Source: Octopus bimaculoides (lineage: Eukaryota). From it: a stretch of DNA of 64,000 nt. A program made the position numbers and the translations under genes. A model generated the notes under the pieces. The model ran no database searches, was not told the origin of the DNA, and was given only the letters and a program-made list of their open reading frames with translations. Below, in pieces: positions 62,120 to 64,000 of the stretch (positions within the stretch are counted from its first letter, which is position 1; every line of letters starts with the position of its first letter). Location: NCBI RefSeq assembly GCF_001194135.2, contig NC_068988.1:93121306-93185305 (forward strand), read 5' to 3'.

Positions 62120-63339
62120 GTTCAGTAGTTTTATTTTTTTATAACGTGCTTTCACTTCACTACCGAGCGCAGCTCTGTGTGCCTTGGGTATGTGTTGTGG
62201 TTGGCTGTGATGCTCTTATGGTTACTGTATTGAAAGTGTTTTGCGTAGAATGTCGATTCATACAACTAAAAATTCTTCAAGGCGGTGCCCCAGCATGGCC
62301 ACAGTCTAATGACTGAAACAAATTTTAAAAAAATATACAAAGCAATGTATTATGTTGATTTCAGCATACTAGTTGCAAGGTTAACATGCTGGACCATAGA
62401 TCATGTGATTACATGTTTACATGTTCAAACTCCTGCACAATCATTGTACTGTGCTCTTGCAAAAAGACAACATTGCTCTCATTAATGATATGACAAGCTC
62501 CACTCCCATCTCATGATTAAGTATTTATTAGAAGGGATGTCAGCCTACTGAAAAAGCAATTTCCAACAAAACCATCCTATCCTTGCTGACACAGAAAAAT
62601 TAATATAAGCAAAAAAAAAAAATGGTCGTTAGCCATTATTTGTTTCATCTCTTAAATAGGTTTTAGTTGAGCCATTCATTAAGATCTCCCGCTTGCAGTA
62701 TTTCAACTTTTACTAAAGTTGTAATCTGTCAGAATTCTTAACATTCTAGCCAAAATGCTTTGTGGAATTTCATCTGTCTTTACATCCTGGGTTCAAATTC
62801 CACTGAGTTGCCAGAACCGCCTGACTGGCCCCCATGCTGGTGGCACGTAAAAAGCACCTACTACACTCTCGGAGTGGTTGGCGTTAGGAAGGGCATCCAG
62901 CTGTAGAAACTTTGCCAGATCAGATTGGAGCCTGGTGCAGCTTCCCCGTTTGCCAGTCCTCAGTCAAACCGTCCAACCTGTGCCAGCATGGAAAGCGGAC
63001 GTTAAACGATGATGATTTTGGAAGTGATAGTGTCTTGGAGCATTGGTAACACAGAGCAAGACTTGTTAGGTATTGAAAAGAGATAAATTGCATTGCAACT
63101 GATTAAAAGAACATAAATAAAACACAAAATTACTGATAGCAAAGTTTTAGGGAAACATTTGAAGTATCAGTATCAAAGAGTTTCTTTCTTGACGTTTTGT
63201 ATGTGTTTTGTGCAATATTTATTGTATTTTTCTTCTTAGTTTTGCTGCATAGAGTCAATGGAATATAAATATATTGATTTCTCACCTGGCTACACAGACG
63301 CAAATTTGAAAAGACAGGAAGAAATTGCGTTAATTCGTC

Positions 63340-63372
63340 ACCACTGTCACCGCCGCCACCATTACCACCCCC

Positions 63373-63403
<31 letters not shown>

Positions 63404-63725
63404 CTTCTACATCCACTGTCACCACCACTGCTACCCTCACCACCACCATCTTCATCATTAACACCAGCACCGTTATCATCACCACCACCACCACCATCAC
63501 CACTACTATCTTCGTCATTGTTATCATCATCATCATCATCATTAACACCAGCACTGTTATTATCACTACCATCAACACCACCATCCTCACCATCACCACC
63601 CTCACCATAACCACCACCATTACCATTAACATCAACTGCATCATCACTCCAACCACCACCAACAACAACAACACCACCAGCACCATCAGCACCATCAACA
63701 TCCCCATCATTGCCATCATCATCAT
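63340..63725. repeat. Compound CAC/CAT/CAA trinucleotide microsatellite
   Basis: The sequence is directly visible and explains the Gly/Asp- and Val/Met-rich pseudo-ORFs. Confidence 0.9.
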
Positions 63726-64000
63726 TTTTTTTCACATCTGCTTCCCATGCTGGCATGGATTGGACAAGTGGTCATGATCTGAGTCATGTTTTTCATTTGC
63801 GGTGAATACCACCCCCTGGATGGGATGCAAGTGCGTCTCTTGCTCACATGTTCCATCTTCAGCATGGTGTCTACTGCTGGATGTCATTCTCGAACCCCAA
63901 CCACTTTACGGAGTGTGCAGGGTGCAGCATATGGCACCAGCACTAGAGAGGTCGTGATGTCCTTGGCAAGCCTAAAAAGTCCTTTCGACCTGGCAGTGTT

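Noticed and set aside
63130-63756. 208-aa Gly/Asp-rich and 131-aa Val/Met-rich ORFs
   Set aside because: They are translations of a compound trinucleotide microsatellite joined to a retroposon tail, with no splice or homology support.

Overview
Eukaryotic, AT-rich, repeat-dense genomic DNA with several assembly gaps. The SINE, microsatellite and transposon content resembles an octopus (coleoid cephalopod) genome, but that is an inference. Two multi-exon genes, both on the minus strand, were reconstructed by hand using GT-AG sites and phase-matched exons. (1) MRPS9, mitochondrial ribosomal protein uS9m: 14 coding exons, 24502 to 9291, 397 aa, possibly with one more upstream micro-exon. (2) A PARG (poly(ADP-ribose) glycohydrolase)-family gene: 10 coding exons, 43476 to 30733, about 1397 aa. 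The PARG-like gene is the main finding. Its catalytic domain is split by an insert of about 844 aa that carries nine regularly patterned AKAP-type (PKA regulatory subunit binding) amphipathic helices and clustered RRxS PKA sites. The ADP-ribose pocket is degenerate but keeps the QEE acid pair, so the protein may be a PARG pseudo-enzyme acting as a multivalent PKA scaffold. The rest of the window is tRNA-derived SINEs (including a recurrent dimer), RTE, Tx1 and Penelope fragments (two with hammerhead-like cores), hAT, mariner, Tigger, Tc2 and piggyBac elements, several minisatellites with higher-order structure, and a diverged local tandem array at 1-3.5 kb. No tRNA, rRNA or CRISPR features are supported.
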